A stretch of DNA of 63,990 nt from Thermoanaerobaculia bacterium (GTDB lineage: Bacteria > Acidobacteriota > Thermoanaerobaculia > Thermoanaerobaculales > Sulfomarinibacteraceae). The stretch spans positions 1-63,990 of the forward strand of contig JAMOVQ010000012.1 of NCBI GenBank assembly GCA_027067575.1. Reading direction: 5' to 3'. This document shows positions 28,934 through 38,940 of the stretch, piece by piece; the stretch's first letter is position 1, and each line of letters opens with the position of its first letter. Below the pieces are notes generated by a model. The model was not told the DNA's origin and did not search any database. It saw nothing but the letters and a program-made list of their open reading frames with translations. Both the position numbers and the translations under genes were made by a program.

Positions 28934-30268
28934 TCAGGCCCTGATCACGTTGGCATGTGGGGCACGGTAGACACCGCGGGTATCGACGACGAGGGACGCC
29001 TCGGCCACTACCAGATCCCAGTCCACCGCAGTGTGATCCGTGACGATCAGCACGGCGTCCCGGGATCGCAGCTCCCCGGCGCTCAGCGGTACGGATTCGA
29101 GGGGAGGAAGGTCGGGCCACGAGCGCATCCGGGGACTCACCGGGATGTGGGGGTCGTGGTAGTCCACCTCCGCGCCGAGCTCGAGGAGCCGTTCGATCAA
29201 CTCGAACGCCGGGCTCTCCCGGGGGTCGTCGATATCCTTCTTGTACGCAAGCCCGATGACGAGGATCCGGGAACCCCGGACCGGCCGGCCCCGATCGTTG
29301 AGGGCGAGGATCAGTTTCTCGATGACGTACCGCGGCATCTCCACGTTGATCTCGCCGGCCAGCTCGATGAACCGGGTCGGCGTCCCGTACTCCCGGGCCT
29401 TCCAGGAGAGGTAGAACGGGTCGAGCGGGATGCAGTGGCCGCCCCAGCCGGGTCCCGGGTTGAACCGCATGAACCCGAACGGCTTGGTCTCGGCGGCGTC
29501 CAGGACCTCCCAGACATCGATCCCCATGGCGTCGTACGCCACCTTGAGCTCGTTGACCAGGGCGATGTTGACGGCCCGGAAGATGTTCTCCATCAGCTTC
29601 GTCGCCTCGGCCGTCCTCGCCGACGAGACGCGCACGGTGCGGGGGATGACGGCGCCGTACAGCGCCTCGGCGAGGTCCGCGGATGTCGGATCGACGCCGC
29701 CAACGACCTTGGGGATCGACGTCGTCCCGTAGTCTGGGTTCCCGGGATCCTCGCGTTCCGGTGAGAACGCCAGAAAGAAGTCCCGGCCTGCGGTCAGTCC
29801 AGAACGCTCGAGAATCGTGCGGACCAGGCCGTCCGTCGTTCCGGGGTATGTCGTGGATTCCAGGACCACGAGCTGCCCGGGGCGAAGCACCTCCGCGATC
29901 GCCTCGCAGGTTGCCCTGACGAACCGCATCTCCGGCTCGCGCTGGGGGGTCAGCGGTGTCGGGACGCAGATCAAGATCGTATCGGGTTCCGCGAGGCGCG
30001 AAAAATCGGCCGTGGCCTCCAAACGGCCCGACCGGATCACAGAGGCCAGCGCCTCACCGTCCAGGTGGGCGATGGGGCACTCGCCACGCCCGATCGCCTC
30101 GACCCGCGGCCCGTCGATGTCGAACCCGAGAACGGGGAACCCCTTCCCGGCAAACGCCATGGCCAGCGGGAGACCGACGTAACCGAGCCCGACGATCCCG
30201 ACGAGCGCGGACCGGTCTCCGATCCGCCGTCCGAGGCGTTCGGCGTGTCCGTTCACGTCCGGCGCCAC
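28934..30268 (-). CDS. Nucleotide-sugar dehydrogenase (UDP-GlcNAc 6-dehydrogenase, WbpA/WecC family)
   Basis: GLGYVGLP, ICVPTP, ESTTYPGTT, SPEREDPG, PGPGWGGHCIPLDP, AYKKDIDDPRESP. Confidence 0.9.
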   Translation of the reverse strand: MAPDVNGHAERLGRRIGDRSALVGIVGLGYVGLPLAMAFAGKGFPVLGFDIDGPRVEAIGRGECPIAHLDGEALASVIRSGRLEATADFSRLAEPDTILICVPTPLTPQREPEMRFVRATCEAIAEVLRPGQLVVLESTTYPGTTDGLVRTILERSGLTAGRDFFLAFSPEREDPGNPDYGTTSIPKVVGGVDPTSADLAEALYGAVIPRTVRVSSARTAEATKLMENIFRAVNIALVNELKVAYDAMGIDVWEVLDAAETKPFGFMRFNPGPGWGGHCIPLDPFYLSWKAREYGTPTRFIELAGEINVEMPRYVIEKLILALNDRGRPVRGSRILVIGLAYKKDIDDPRESPAFELIERLLELGAEVDYHDPHIPVSPRMRSWPDLPPLESVPLSAGELRSRDAVLIVTDHTAVDWDLVVAEASLVVDTRGVYRAPHANVIRA

Positions 30269-30299
30269 TTCCCGCGATGACCGGGCCTGCCGCCCACGA

Positions 30300-30626
30300 T
30301 CAGAGCAGGGCGTCCAGCTTCGTGCGGATCACGGCCTCGCTGGCGGCACCAACGATCCGATCCACGACCTCGCCGTTCTTGAAGAAGAGAATGGTGGGGA
30401 TCGCCTGGATTCCGTACCGCATGGCGAGACCACGGTTCGAGTCCACATCGACCTTCGCCAGGATCGCCCGCCCCTCGTACTCCTCCGCGAGCTTCTCCAT
30501 GACCGGTGCGACCATCCGGCACGGCCCGCACCACACGGCCCAGAAATCGACAACGGCGGGCTTGTCCGCCTGAAGGATCACGGTATCGAACTCCGCCTCG
30601 GTCACTGCGCACGCTTTCCCTGCCAT
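30300..30626 (-). CDS. trxA: Thioredoxin
   Basis: DFWAVWCGPC, IPT; 108 aa. Confidence 0.95.
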   Translation of the reverse strand: MAGKACAVTEAEFDTVILQADKPAVVDFWAVWCGPCRMVAPVMEKLAEEYEGRAILAKVDVDSNRGLAMRYGIQAIPTILFFKNGEVVDRIVGAASEAVIRTKLDALL

Positions 30627-30711
30627 CGGTGCCCCTCCTTGGGATGTCCGGCAGCCCCGGCCGCCGTGACCGCGACATCATACACCACCCGTCTGGGGTA
30701 GAGTGGAGACG

Positions 30712-31623
30712 ATGGACGGAGACCGAGCCGCACCGTACCTGACGTTCCTGGGACTGGATCCGGTGGACCCGGCCGAGGCGCGGATCCGCGTGCTCCCCGT
30801 CCCGTACGACATGACGGCGTCGTACCAGCCAGGGGCGCGCCGGGGACCCATTGCCCTCCTGGAAGCATCGACCCATGTGGAGCTCTACGACGAGCTACTC
30901 GAGGACGAACCGTGGCAGGCCGGAATCGCCACGCTCCCTCCGCTGGTCCCCGCAACGGAGGGGCCAAAGGCCATGGTCCGGAGGATCGCGCGAGAGGCCG
31001 AGCGATGGGTCGACGCGGACCGGTTCCTGCTGACCATCGGCGGCGAGCACTCCATCACACCCCCGCTCGTGGCGGCGCACCGGAAGCTCTGGCCGGACCT
31101 GACGGTGGTCCAGATCGACGCCCACGCAGACCTTCGGAACAGCTTCGAGGGATCGCGCCACAACCACGCCTGCGCCATGCGCCGCGTTCTCGAGGGCGGC
31201 GGGCAGCTGATCCAGGTGGGGATCCGGTCTCTGACCGCCGAGGAGCACGTGCTGATCCGGGAGGACGGCCGGATCCGTACGTTCTTCGCGCGGGACCTCG
31301 CAGGACGCCGGCCGGAAGCGTGGGCCGTCGAGGTCGCGGCCGCCGTCGACGGCGCCTGCTACCTGACCGTGGACCTCGACGGGCTGGACCCGTCGATCAT
31401 GCCCGCCACGGGGACCCCCGAGCCGGGAGGGCTGGACTGGCGCGGCATCAGCGAGCTCGTCGCCGCACTCGCCCGCCGGGGACCGCTCGTCGGGGCCGAC
31501 ATCGTGGAGCTCGCGCCGATTCCGGGACTCGTGGCCCCCGATTTCCTTGCAGCCCGCCTGGCCCAGCGGATCATCGGATTCGCAGCCCGCTCCCGCGGGT
31601 GGCTGAATCGGACCCGTCCGTGA
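30712..31623 (+). CDS. speB: Agmatinase (ureohydrolase family)
   Basis: YQPGARRGP, GGEHS, DAHADLR, DLDGLDPSIMPATGTPEPGG; ATG 30712 (the ORF track starts at GTG 30703). Confidence 0.9.
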   Translation: MDGDRAAPYLTFLGLDPVDPAEARIRVLPVPYDMTASYQPGARRGPIALLEASTHVELYDELLEDEPWQAGIATLPPLVPATEGPKAMVRRIAREAERWVDADRFLLTIGGEHSITPPLVAAHRKLWPDLTVVQIDAHADLRNSFEGSRHNHACAMRRVLEGGGQLIQVGIRSLTAEEHVLIREDGRIRTFFARDLAGRRPEAWAVEVAAAVDGACYLTVDLDGLDPSIMPATGTPEPGGLDWRGISELVAALARRGPLVGADIVELAPIPGLVAPDFLAARLAQRIIGFAARSRGWLNRTRP

Positions 31624-31807
31624 GGATCCGCCCGCGGAGCGCGGCCCGACGCTCCTCGCGGCTTGGTCTCGCTCCGGACGGCGGTCGGGACGAGGCCCCC
31701 TCTTCCCCGTGATCCCGAGGTCCGCGGCGTGGTGTCCGGGCGGGGTGGCCATGGAAACGAAACGGCCCGCCGTCCGGCGGGCCGTGTTTGAACCGTGCAG
31801 GGAAGGG

Positions 31808-33076
31808 TCAACGGCCGCCGGGCTCCTTCCGCGGGCCCGACCACTCGTTCTCGAGACCCCGGCCATCCAGAGGCGTGTCGCCCGGATTCATCAGCTGCAC
31901 CGTGGCCTCCCGGCTCTCGATGGTCGAACCATCGGATCCGATGACCTCGAGCCTGTAGGTCATCCCTCGCACGACCTGGACGGGTTGATCGGTCCTGGTA
32001 TAGGTCGCACCGGCAGCCGCCTGGCCCGCAGCGGGAACCGTCTCCACGGCCCGCCACGTGTCATCCTCGGTCCGCGAGATCCGGAACCCCATGACGTTCT
32101 CCTCGGACACCGTTCGCCAGCTCAGCTCGACCGAGTCCATCTCGGCCTGGACAGCGGCGAACTCTGCGAGAACCGCCGCGAGGGGCCCCACGGCGCCGTT
32201 GGAGCTCGGTCCGACCACGCCGGTCTCCACGGCGGTCACCGCGGCCTCCCGGTCGGTGCCACTCGGAGCGCCGGTTCCATCGAACCGGAGCGCCAGGGCG
32301 AAGAAATAGGTGTCGCTGCCGTAAACGCGGATCGTGGCGCCGGTCTGGGATGTCGGGAGGTAACCGTCCGTCGTCGTGTTCGTCGAGCCGTCGTTCGTGA
32401 CGTAGGGGGTCGTTCCGGAGGCCGCACCCGAGAGACGGGCCCATCCCGTCTTGTTCCCGGTGTTGCTGGTGCTGCCCGTCCGATAGTAGATGGCATAGCC
32501 CGCCAGCACGTCTCCAGACTGGTCGTTGACGGCCCACGCCGAGCTCGACGGAGCACTCCACGTGACGCTGTACTCGGTGTAGGCGTTGCCGTCGTTTCCC
32601 GTCGCCGCACTGTTGATCGAGATAGAGGGGATGGACGATGCCTGGGACTGTGCTGCCGAGAGACTCAGCTGGAGCGCGTCGAGATCGACGTTCGTTCCGT
32701 TGTTCTGGCTGCCGACGCACAGGGCAAACTTACCGCCGGAGCTCGCGGTTTCCGAGACGAGCAGGAGCCCCGTGGTCAGGGGGTTGGTCGAACAGCGGGT
32801 GGAGTTGGCCCAGTTGATGCCGGTCGCCACGCCGATATCGGATCCGCTGTCCACCAGGGCCGCCGAATCACCGTCCTGATCGACGACTCCCGACGCGTCC
32901 GACGTGCCCCAAGCCCAGTAGTACGAGGCAAACCCCGTGTCCGTCGTGTTCATGTTGGTGAACACGACCGGAGTGCTCGCCTCGTTGACGGTCGTGGTAC
33001 ACGCCGCCCGAAGAGCTGTCGCGCCGAACAACGCCACCAGCACCGCTGCCGCAATGACGAGTTGTGTCCGTTTCAT
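31808..33076 (-). CDS. Secreted Ser/Thr/Gly-rich hypothetical protein with a C-terminal Ig/Fn3-like module
   Basis: Signal peptide MKRTQLVIAAAVLVALFGATALRA; C-terminal LAEFAA..VELSWRTVSEENVMGFRISR..YRLEV. Confidence 0.8.
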   Translation of the reverse strand: MKRTQLVIAAAVLVALFGATALRAACTTTVNEASTPVVFTNMNTTDTGFASYYWAWGTSDASGVVDQDGDSAALVDSGSDIGVATGINWANSTRCSTNPLTTGLLLVSETASSGGKFALCVGSQNNGTNVDLDALQLSLSAAQSQASSIPSISINSAATGNDGNAYTEYSVTWSAPSSSAWAVNDQSGDVLAGYAIYYRTGSTSNTGNKTGWARLSGAASGTTPYVTNDGSTNTTTDGYLPTSQTGATIRVYGSDTYFFALALRFDGTGAPSGTDREAAVTAVETGVVGPSSNGAVGPLAAVLAEFAAVQAEMDSVELSWRTVSEENVMGFRISRTEDDTWRAVETVPAAGQAAAGATYTRTDQPVQVVRGMTYRLEVIGSDGSTIESREATVQLMNPGDTPLDGRGLENEWSGPRKEPGGR

Positions 33077-33110
33077 CCTGGTCCCTCCATCCTCGTTCGT
33101 GTGCTCGTCC

Positions 33111-33893
33111 TCAGTAGTGCGGCGGTGCCCACGACCACGCGCACGGATCGCTCGGGGATGTACATCCGCCCGACGTGTTGGGGCAGACCAGGTCCAGCAC
33201 GTAGCCCATCGCAGGGTCGATGGGGAACGGCGCCCCGAACGCAGACCCGATACGCCACACCTCCTCGTTTCCGGTGGACGTGTTGAACCGCCGGATCTGG
33301 TAGATCCAGTCAGAGCCGCCCATGGCCTGTCCGAGATCCTCGGCATCCATCTGGCCGTTGCCGTTGACGTCGTCGAGCTTCAGGTTGGCCGGGAGGCTGA
33401 ACCGGTGGTAGTTGACGCCGTTCGGATCGAAACAATACTGGAGCTGGAAGTCCGGATCGTTGGCCCCTGCCACCTCGAGCACGTGGGTCGTGTTGCTCCC
33501 CACGGCCTGCAGGTCGATGCCGTAGCTCTCGCCGGGGACGATCTGAAACGGCGTCCCAAGGGTGCTCCCCGAGCGCCACGTCACGTAGGCCTGGGAACTC
33601 TCGTCCCACTTCCAGACCTGGTAGACCGCGCACGGGTTGCTGCCCGCATCGCACGGGCGGGTGTAGCCGCTGTCCCGTGGCTGGAGATCCTGGGCGAGAT
33701 CCTCGGCATCGACGACTCCGTTGCCGTTGGCGTCGGGCGGCTGGTAGTGGTACGGGATCGAGATCCAGTAGAGGTTGCTCCCCGACGAGTTGAACGTCAG
33801 CTGGTGCCGCACGAGAGTTCCCATGTTGCTGGCCATGATCGGACCGGCGACGACGCCCACGGCCGCCGCGACGACGAACACCCGGAGTTTCAT
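33111..33893 (-). CDS. Secreted hypothetical protein, internally duplicated, with two DxNGNG Ca2+-binding loops
   Basis: AAGGAGG SD; signal peptide MKLRVFVVAAAVGVVAGPIMA; DANGNGVVDAEDL and DVNGNGQMDAEDL. Confidence 0.8.
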   Translation of the reverse strand: MKLRVFVVAAAVGVVAGPIMASNMGTLVRHQLTFNSSGSNLYWISIPYHYQPPDANGNGVVDAEDLAQDLQPRDSGYTRPCDAGSNPCAVYQVWKWDESSQAYVTWRSGSTLGTPFQIVPGESYGIDLQAVGSNTTHVLEVAGANDPDFQLQYCFDPNGVNYHRFSLPANLKLDDVNGNGQMDAEDLGQAMGGSDWIYQIRRFNTSTGNEEVWRIGSAFGAPFPIDPAMGYVLDLVCPNTSGGCTSPSDPCAWSWAPPHY

Positions 33894-34145
33894 GAAGCCC
33901 TCCTTACGATCAGCCTGCCGTGACGCCCCCCATCCCCCTGTCCAGGCAGACGTTGAACCTGACCGTATCCTAGCACGGTGCCTGACGTCGTCCAAACCTG
34001 GTCCGGGAACCGGGACAGGCCAACGAGCGCGGCCGCGTCCCATGGCGACGGGGCTGGAAGTCGGGGCGTTCGTGGTGCTACTCTTCGGGGGCGCGGAGAA
34101 ACCGGTTTCCGGGCAGCCCCACGGCCTGGAGGGAGGAGAGGGACG

Positions 34146-35276
34146 ATGGCGGAGCAGGCGGACCTGAAACGCACACCGCTTCACGGCGAGCACGTCCGGC
34201 TCGGGGCCCGGATGGTCCCGTTCGCCGGTTTCGAGATGCCGGTCCAGTATACGGGTCTGATGGAGGAGCACCGGGCCGTTCGGGAGCGTGCGGGGCTGTT
34301 CGACGTCTCCCACATGGGCGAGATCTTCGTCCGGGGTCCGCGGGCGCTGGAGTTCGTCCAGAGGATCTCCTGCAACGATCACTCGAAGATGACGGTGGGC
34401 CGGGCCCAGTATACGGGCCTGATGGCACCCCAGGGCACCTTCGTGGACGACATGCTGGTCCACAAGATGGCCGAGGACGAGTACCTGCTGGTTGTCAACG
34501 CGGCGAACCTCGAGAAGGACTTCGCCTACCTCGAGGAGCTGGCGTCGGACGAGGAGGGCGTCCGGGTCGAGAACGAGTCCGGCCGGTGGGCCCAGGTCGC
34601 GTTCCAGGGGCCGCTCGCGGCGGAGATCCTCCAGCCGCTCGTGGACGTGGATCTCGCAGCGATCAGGTACTACCGGTTCGTCAACGGAAAGGTGCTCGGG
34701 CACGAGGCGATCGTCGCCCGGACGGGGTACACGGGCGAGGACGGGTTCGAGCTGTACACGGCTCCGGATCCCGCGCCGGAGATCTGGCGGGCGATCCTCG
34801 AGGCGGGGAAGGACCGGGGCGTGCTGCCCGCAGGTCTCGGCGCCCGGGACACGCTCCGGCTCGAGGCCGGAATGTGCCTGTACGGGAACGACATCGACGA
34901 GACCACGACGCCGCTCGAAGCGGGGCTCGGCTGGATCGTCAAGCTGGACAAGGGCGACTTCATCGGGCGGGACATCCTGGAGCGCCAGGCGGAGGAGGGG
35001 GTCGAACGGCGGCTTGTCGGGTTCGAGGTGACGGGCCGGGGGATCGCGCGGCACGGGTACGCCGTGGCGCTCGAGGAGGGCGGCGAGCCGGTGGGGACGG
35101 TGACCTCCGGGACCCACTCCCCGACCCTCGGCAAGGCGATCGGGATGGCGTACGTCCCGGCGGACTCGGCGGAGCCAGGGACGCCGCTCTTCATCGAGAT
35201 CCGGAAACGGTGGACCCCGGCGGTGGTGGTGCCACTGCCGTTCTATTCGCGGAAGAAGAAGACCACCACGAAATAG
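34146..35276 (+). CDS. gcvT: Glycine cleavage system T protein (aminomethyltransferase)
   Basis: KRTPLHGEH, FAGFEMPVQY, FDVSHMGE, RTGYTGEDGFE, GLGARDTLRLEAG. Confidence 0.95.
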   Translation: MAEQADLKRTPLHGEHVRLGARMVPFAGFEMPVQYTGLMEEHRAVRERAGLFDVSHMGEIFVRGPRALEFVQRISCNDHSKMTVGRAQYTGLMAPQGTFVDDMLVHKMAEDEYLLVVNAANLEKDFAYLEELASDEEGVRVENESGRWAQVAFQGPLAAEILQPLVDVDLAAIRYYRFVNGKVLGHEAIVARTGYTGEDGFELYTAPDPAPEIWRAILEAGKDRGVLPAGLGARDTLRLEAGMCLYGNDIDETTTPLEAGLGWIVKLDKGDFIGRDILERQAEEGVERRLVGFEVTGRGIARHGYAVALEEGGEPVGTVTSGTHSPTLGKAIGMAYVPADSAEPGTPLFIEIRKRWTPAVVVPLPFYSRKKKTTTK

Positions 35277-35340
35277 GAGCAGGACCATCGCCGGGCGGTC
35301 CCCAACGGCCTCCGGCGAGGACGGACCCAAGGAGGCGAGC

Positions 35341-35724
35341 ATGTCGGTGCCCAACGATCTGCGGTACACGAGGACCCACGAGTGGGTGCGGGAGGAGGGC
35401 GACACGGTGGTGGTCGGCATCACCCACTACGCCCAGGAGCAGCTGGGCGAGGTCGTCTACGTCGAGCTGCCCGAGGTCGGGCGCACACTCGACGCCGGCG
35501 AGGAGCTGGGGACGCTGGAGTCGGTCAAGGCCGTCTCCGAGTTCTTCTCGCCGGTGGCGGGCGAGGTCGCAGAGGTCAACGAGCGGCTCGACGACGAGCC
35601 GGGGCTCGTCAACGACGACCCGTACGGCGAGGGGTGGCTCGTGAAGATCACGGTCTCGGGCGACGGGGCGGAGCTGATGGACGCGGCGGCGTACGAGGCG
35701 TTCCTCGCGGAGGAAGGGCACTGA
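35341..35724 (+). CDS. gcvH: Glycine cleavage system H protein
   Basis: YTRTHEW, GITHYAQEQLG, lipoyl-lysine motif ESVKA, NDDPYGEGWL. Confidence 0.95.
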   Translation: MSVPNDLRYTRTHEWVREEGDTVVVGITHYAQEQLGEVVYVELPEVGRTLDAGEELGTLESVKAVSEFFSPVAGEVAEVNERLDDEPGLVNDDPYGEGWLVKITVSGDGAELMDAAAYEAFLAEEGH

Positions 35725-37085
35725 TGCACCCCTGGATCGGGGTGGGGGAGGCGGATCGCCGCCGGATCCTCGACGAGCTCGGCCTGGATTCGGTGGACGC
35801 CCTCTTCGAGACGGTTCCCGCCGCGGTCCGGACGGACCGGCTCGACCTTCCTCCGGCGGAGGACGAGGGGCGTCTGATGGCGTCCATGCGGGCGCTCTCC
35901 GGCCGGAACACGACGGCCGCGGCGGTGCCCTCGTTCCTCGGCGCGGGCGCCTACCGCCACGTCCAGCCCTCGGCGGTGGACGCCGTGCTGTCCCGGGCGG
36001 AGTTTTTCACCTCGTACACCCCGTACCAGCCGGAGATCTCCCAGGGGACGCTCCAGGCGATCTTCGAGTTCCAGACGGTGATCGCCGGGCTGGCCGGCCT
36101 CGACGTGGCCAACGCGTCGCTCTACGACGGGGCCACGGCCCTGGTGGAGGCGGCGCTGATGAGCCACCGGCTCCTCCGGGCGAAGCGGAACACCGTGGTG
36201 GTGGCCGAGACGGTCCACCCGATGTACCGCCGCGTCCTGGAGACGTACGCAGGCGCTCTCGGCATCGCCGTGGTGACCGTGCCGCCCGGTGAGGACGGCC
36301 GGACCGACCCCGGCCGCCTCGCCGCCGCGGCCGGAGGCGACGCCTGCTGTCTCGTGGTGCAGTCCCCGAACTTCGTCGGGATCGTCGAGGACCTTCCGGC
36401 CGTCGCGGAGGCGGCCCACGGCGCGGGCGCCATGGCGGTACAGGTGGTGGCGGAGGCGGCGTCGCTCGGCATCCTCCACGGTGGCGGTCGGTTCGGGTTC
36501 GACATCGTCTGCGGGGAGGCCCAGTCCCTCGGGCTTCCCCTGGGGTTCGGCGGGCCGCACCTCGGGTTCTTCGCCTGCCGCGAGGAACACAAGCGCCAGA
36601 TGCCGGGGCGTCTCGTGGGGCAGACCGTGGATGCGGACGGCCGGCGCGGCTTCTGCCTGACGCTCTCCACGCGGGAGCAGCACATCCGGCGGGCGAAAGC
36701 CACGTCCAATATCTGCTCGAACCACGGTTTGATGGCCCTGGCGGCCACGGTGTTCATGGAGCTGCTCGGCGGCAGCGGCCTGCGCGCCATGGCGCTCGGT
36801 TCCCACGCCGCGGCCGAGGAGACGAAGCGGCGGGTGCTCATGCTCGGTGATCCGTGGCGCCTCGCCTACCCCATCGCCCCGACGTTCGACGAGTTCCTCC
36901 TCGTGGGTCCGGCGCCGGGCGAGGAGCTGGCGAGGAGGGCGGCCGAGGCGGGGGTGTTCGCCGGGGTTCCGTCCCGGAAGTGGGGCGGTTCGTGGCCCGA
37001 CGGCCTGCTCGTCGCGGCGACGGAGACGACCCGCGCCGGGGAGATCCGGGCGCTGGTGGAGGTTCTCGGGAGGATCGGACGATGA
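35724..37085 (+). CDS. gcvPA: Glycine dehydrogenase subunit 1
   Basis: FLGAGAY, YTPYQPEISQG, NASLYDGATA, TREQHIRRAKATSNICSN. Confidence 0.95.
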   Translation: MHPWIGVGEADRRRILDELGLDSVDALFETVPAAVRTDRLDLPPAEDEGRLMASMRALSGRNTTAAAVPSFLGAGAYRHVQPSAVDAVLSRAEFFTSYTPYQPEISQGTLQAIFEFQTVIAGLAGLDVANASLYDGATALVEAALMSHRLLRAKRNTVVVAETVHPMYRRVLETYAGALGIAVVTVPPGEDGRTDPGRLAAAAGGDACCLVVQSPNFVGIVEDLPAVAEAAHGAGAMAVQVVAEAASLGILHGGGRFGFDIVCGEAQSLGLPLGFGGPHLGFFACREEHKRQMPGRLVGQTVDADGRRGFCLTLSTREQHIRRAKATSNICSNHGLMALAATVFMELLGGSGLRAMALGSHAAAEETKRRVLMLGDPWRLAYPIAPTFDEFLLVGPAPGEELARRAAEAGVFAGVPSRKWGGSWPDGLLVAATETTRAGEIRALVEVLGRIGR

Positions 37086-38554
37086 AGCCGCGCACGCTCC
37101 ACGACGAGCCGCTGATCTTCGAGCGCAACCCGGAGCGGGGGCCTCGCGGGACGTTCCGTCTTCCCGCCGGCGAGGTGCCCCCGGTCGATCCCCGGGCGAC
37201 GCTGCCGGCCGAACAGCTGCGGGAGCCGCTCGACCTGCTGCCGGACCTCGGGGAGCTCGAGGTGGTCCAGCACTTCCACCGGCTCTCCCAGATGAACTTC
37301 GCGGTGGACGAGGGGCTGTACCCCCTGGGTTCCTGCACGATGAAGTACAACCCCCGCGTGTGCGAGCGCGCGTGCCGGCTCGAAGGGTTCACGGAGGTCC
37401 ACCCGCTCGAACCCGACGGCCACGTCCAGGGCGCGCTGGAACTGATGTGGGAGCTCGAGCGGGCGCTCGTGGCGATCACCGGGATGGCCGCGGTGACGCT
37501 CCAGCCCGCGGCGGGCGCCCACGGCGAGCTGACCGGGATGCTGATGATCCGCAAGGCGCTCGCGGCACGGGGCGATGCGCGGCAGGCCGTCATCATCCCG
37601 GACTCGGCCCACGGAACGAACCCGGCCTCGGCGACGTTCGCGGGGTACCGGGCGCTGGAGATCGCCTCGGGCCCGGACGGCACGGTGGACATGGCGGCCC
37701 TCGACCGGATGATGGACGAGACGGTGGCGGGGATCATGCTGACGGTGCCGAACACCTTGGGCGTGTTCGAGCACCGGATCGTGGAGATCTCGCGGCTCGT
37801 CCACGAGCGGGGCGGGTACGTCTACCTGGACGGTGCCAACCTCAACGCCTTCGTCGGCCGGGCGCTCCCCGGTCTGATGGGGGCCGACGCCCTCCACATC
37901 AACCTCCACAAGACGTTCTCCACGCCCCACGGCGGCGGCGGGCCCGGCGCGGGTCCCGTGGCCGTCTCCGAGGCGCTGGTGCCGTACCTGCCCGTGCCGC
38001 GCGTCGTCCGGGAGGGGGACGCCTTCAGGATGGTGTGGGAGGACGAGCGGTCCATCGGGCCGATGCGCGGTTTCTACGCCAACTTCCTCGTCCTCGTCCG
38101 GGCGCTGGCGTACATCCGGGGGATGGGCTCGGACGGGCTCCGGGAGATGTCGGAGGCCGCCGTCCTGCTGGCGAACCTCGTCCGGCGCCGGCTCGAAGGG
38201 GCGTACCACCTCCAGTACGAGGCGCCGACGCTGCACGAGGTGGTGTTCGACGACACCTTCCAGAAGGAGCACGGCGTCACCAACATCGACATCGCCAAGC
38301 GGCTGCTCGACCATGGGTTCCACCCGCCGACGGTTTCCTTCCCGCTGATCGTGCACGGCGCGCTGATGATCGAGCCGACGGAGAGCCCGTCGCCCGAGGA
38401 GGTCGAGGCGTTCTGCGAGGCGATGCTGGCCATCGCGCGGGAGGCCGCGGAGGATCCGGAGCGGCTTCGAACGGCTCCCCATGGAACCCCCGTCCGCCGG
38501 CTCGACGAGGTGGCCGCAGCCCGGAGCCCGGTGCTCCGCTGGCGCAAGGAGTGA
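37082..38554 (+). CDS. gcvPB: Glycine dehydrogenase subunit 2
   Basis: YPLGSCTMKYNP, QPAAGAHGE, DSAHGTNPAS, PLP lysine motif NLHKTFSTPHGGGGPG, LMIEPTES. Confidence 0.95.
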   Translation: MKPRTLHDEPLIFERNPERGPRGTFRLPAGEVPPVDPRATLPAEQLREPLDLLPDLGELEVVQHFHRLSQMNFAVDEGLYPLGSCTMKYNPRVCERACRLEGFTEVHPLEPDGHVQGALELMWELERALVAITGMAAVTLQPAAGAHGELTGMLMIRKALAARGDARQAVIIPDSAHGTNPASATFAGYRALEIASGPDGTVDMAALDRMMDETVAGIMLTVPNTLGVFEHRIVEISRLVHERGGYVYLDGANLNAFVGRALPGLMGADALHINLHKTFSTPHGGGGPGAGPVAVSEALVPYLPVPRVVREGDAFRMVWEDERSIGPMRGFYANFLVLVRALAYIRGMGSDGLREMSEAAVLLANLVRRRLEGAYHLQYEAPTLHEVVFDDTFQKEHGVTNIDIAKRLLDHGFHPPTVSFPLIVHGALMIEPTESPSPEEVEAFCEAMLAIAREAAEDPERLRTAPHGTPVRRLDEVAAARSPVLRWRKE

Positions 38555-38842
38555 CGGCTGGGGCCGGCTCCTCGCGCCGGCCCTGACCCTGGCTTTTCTG
38601 CATCGAACCCTGCTCTCCCCCGGTGCGGGACCGGTGTCAGCACCTCGGACAGTGTCGCCCCGGCCGTCGCCGGCACGCTGCCTGCCGGCGAGCGTCTGCG
38701 GGATGCTCCCGGGAACACCGGTTCGCCGGACGCCTCACCGCGGTGAGGGGGGCAGACATTGCAATCAGGAATCGTTCCGCAGGCCGTTTATCGCAGAGGA
38801 CGCGCAAGTGTCACGGCTCCGTAAAAAACCGCCGAAATCTGC

Positions 38843-38871
38843 TTGACGGCCCCCTGGCCCGTTTCTAGCCT
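38843..38871 (+). promoter_or_regulatory. Sigma70-type promoter for the M4 peptidase gene
   Basis: TTGACG-N17-TAGCCT, about 70 nt upstream of the ATG. Confidence 0.55.
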
Positions 38872-38940
38872 CGGTTCAAGTTTCGAGCCCCCGAGGAGGG
38901 ACCCGAGGTGGGAAGGACGAAAAAGGAGGATCCGACGGTG

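Noticed and set aside
33900-34145. Glycine riboswitch upstream of gcvT
   Set aside because: The conserved GGAGA...CCGAAG...CTCTCAGG aptamer core was not found.
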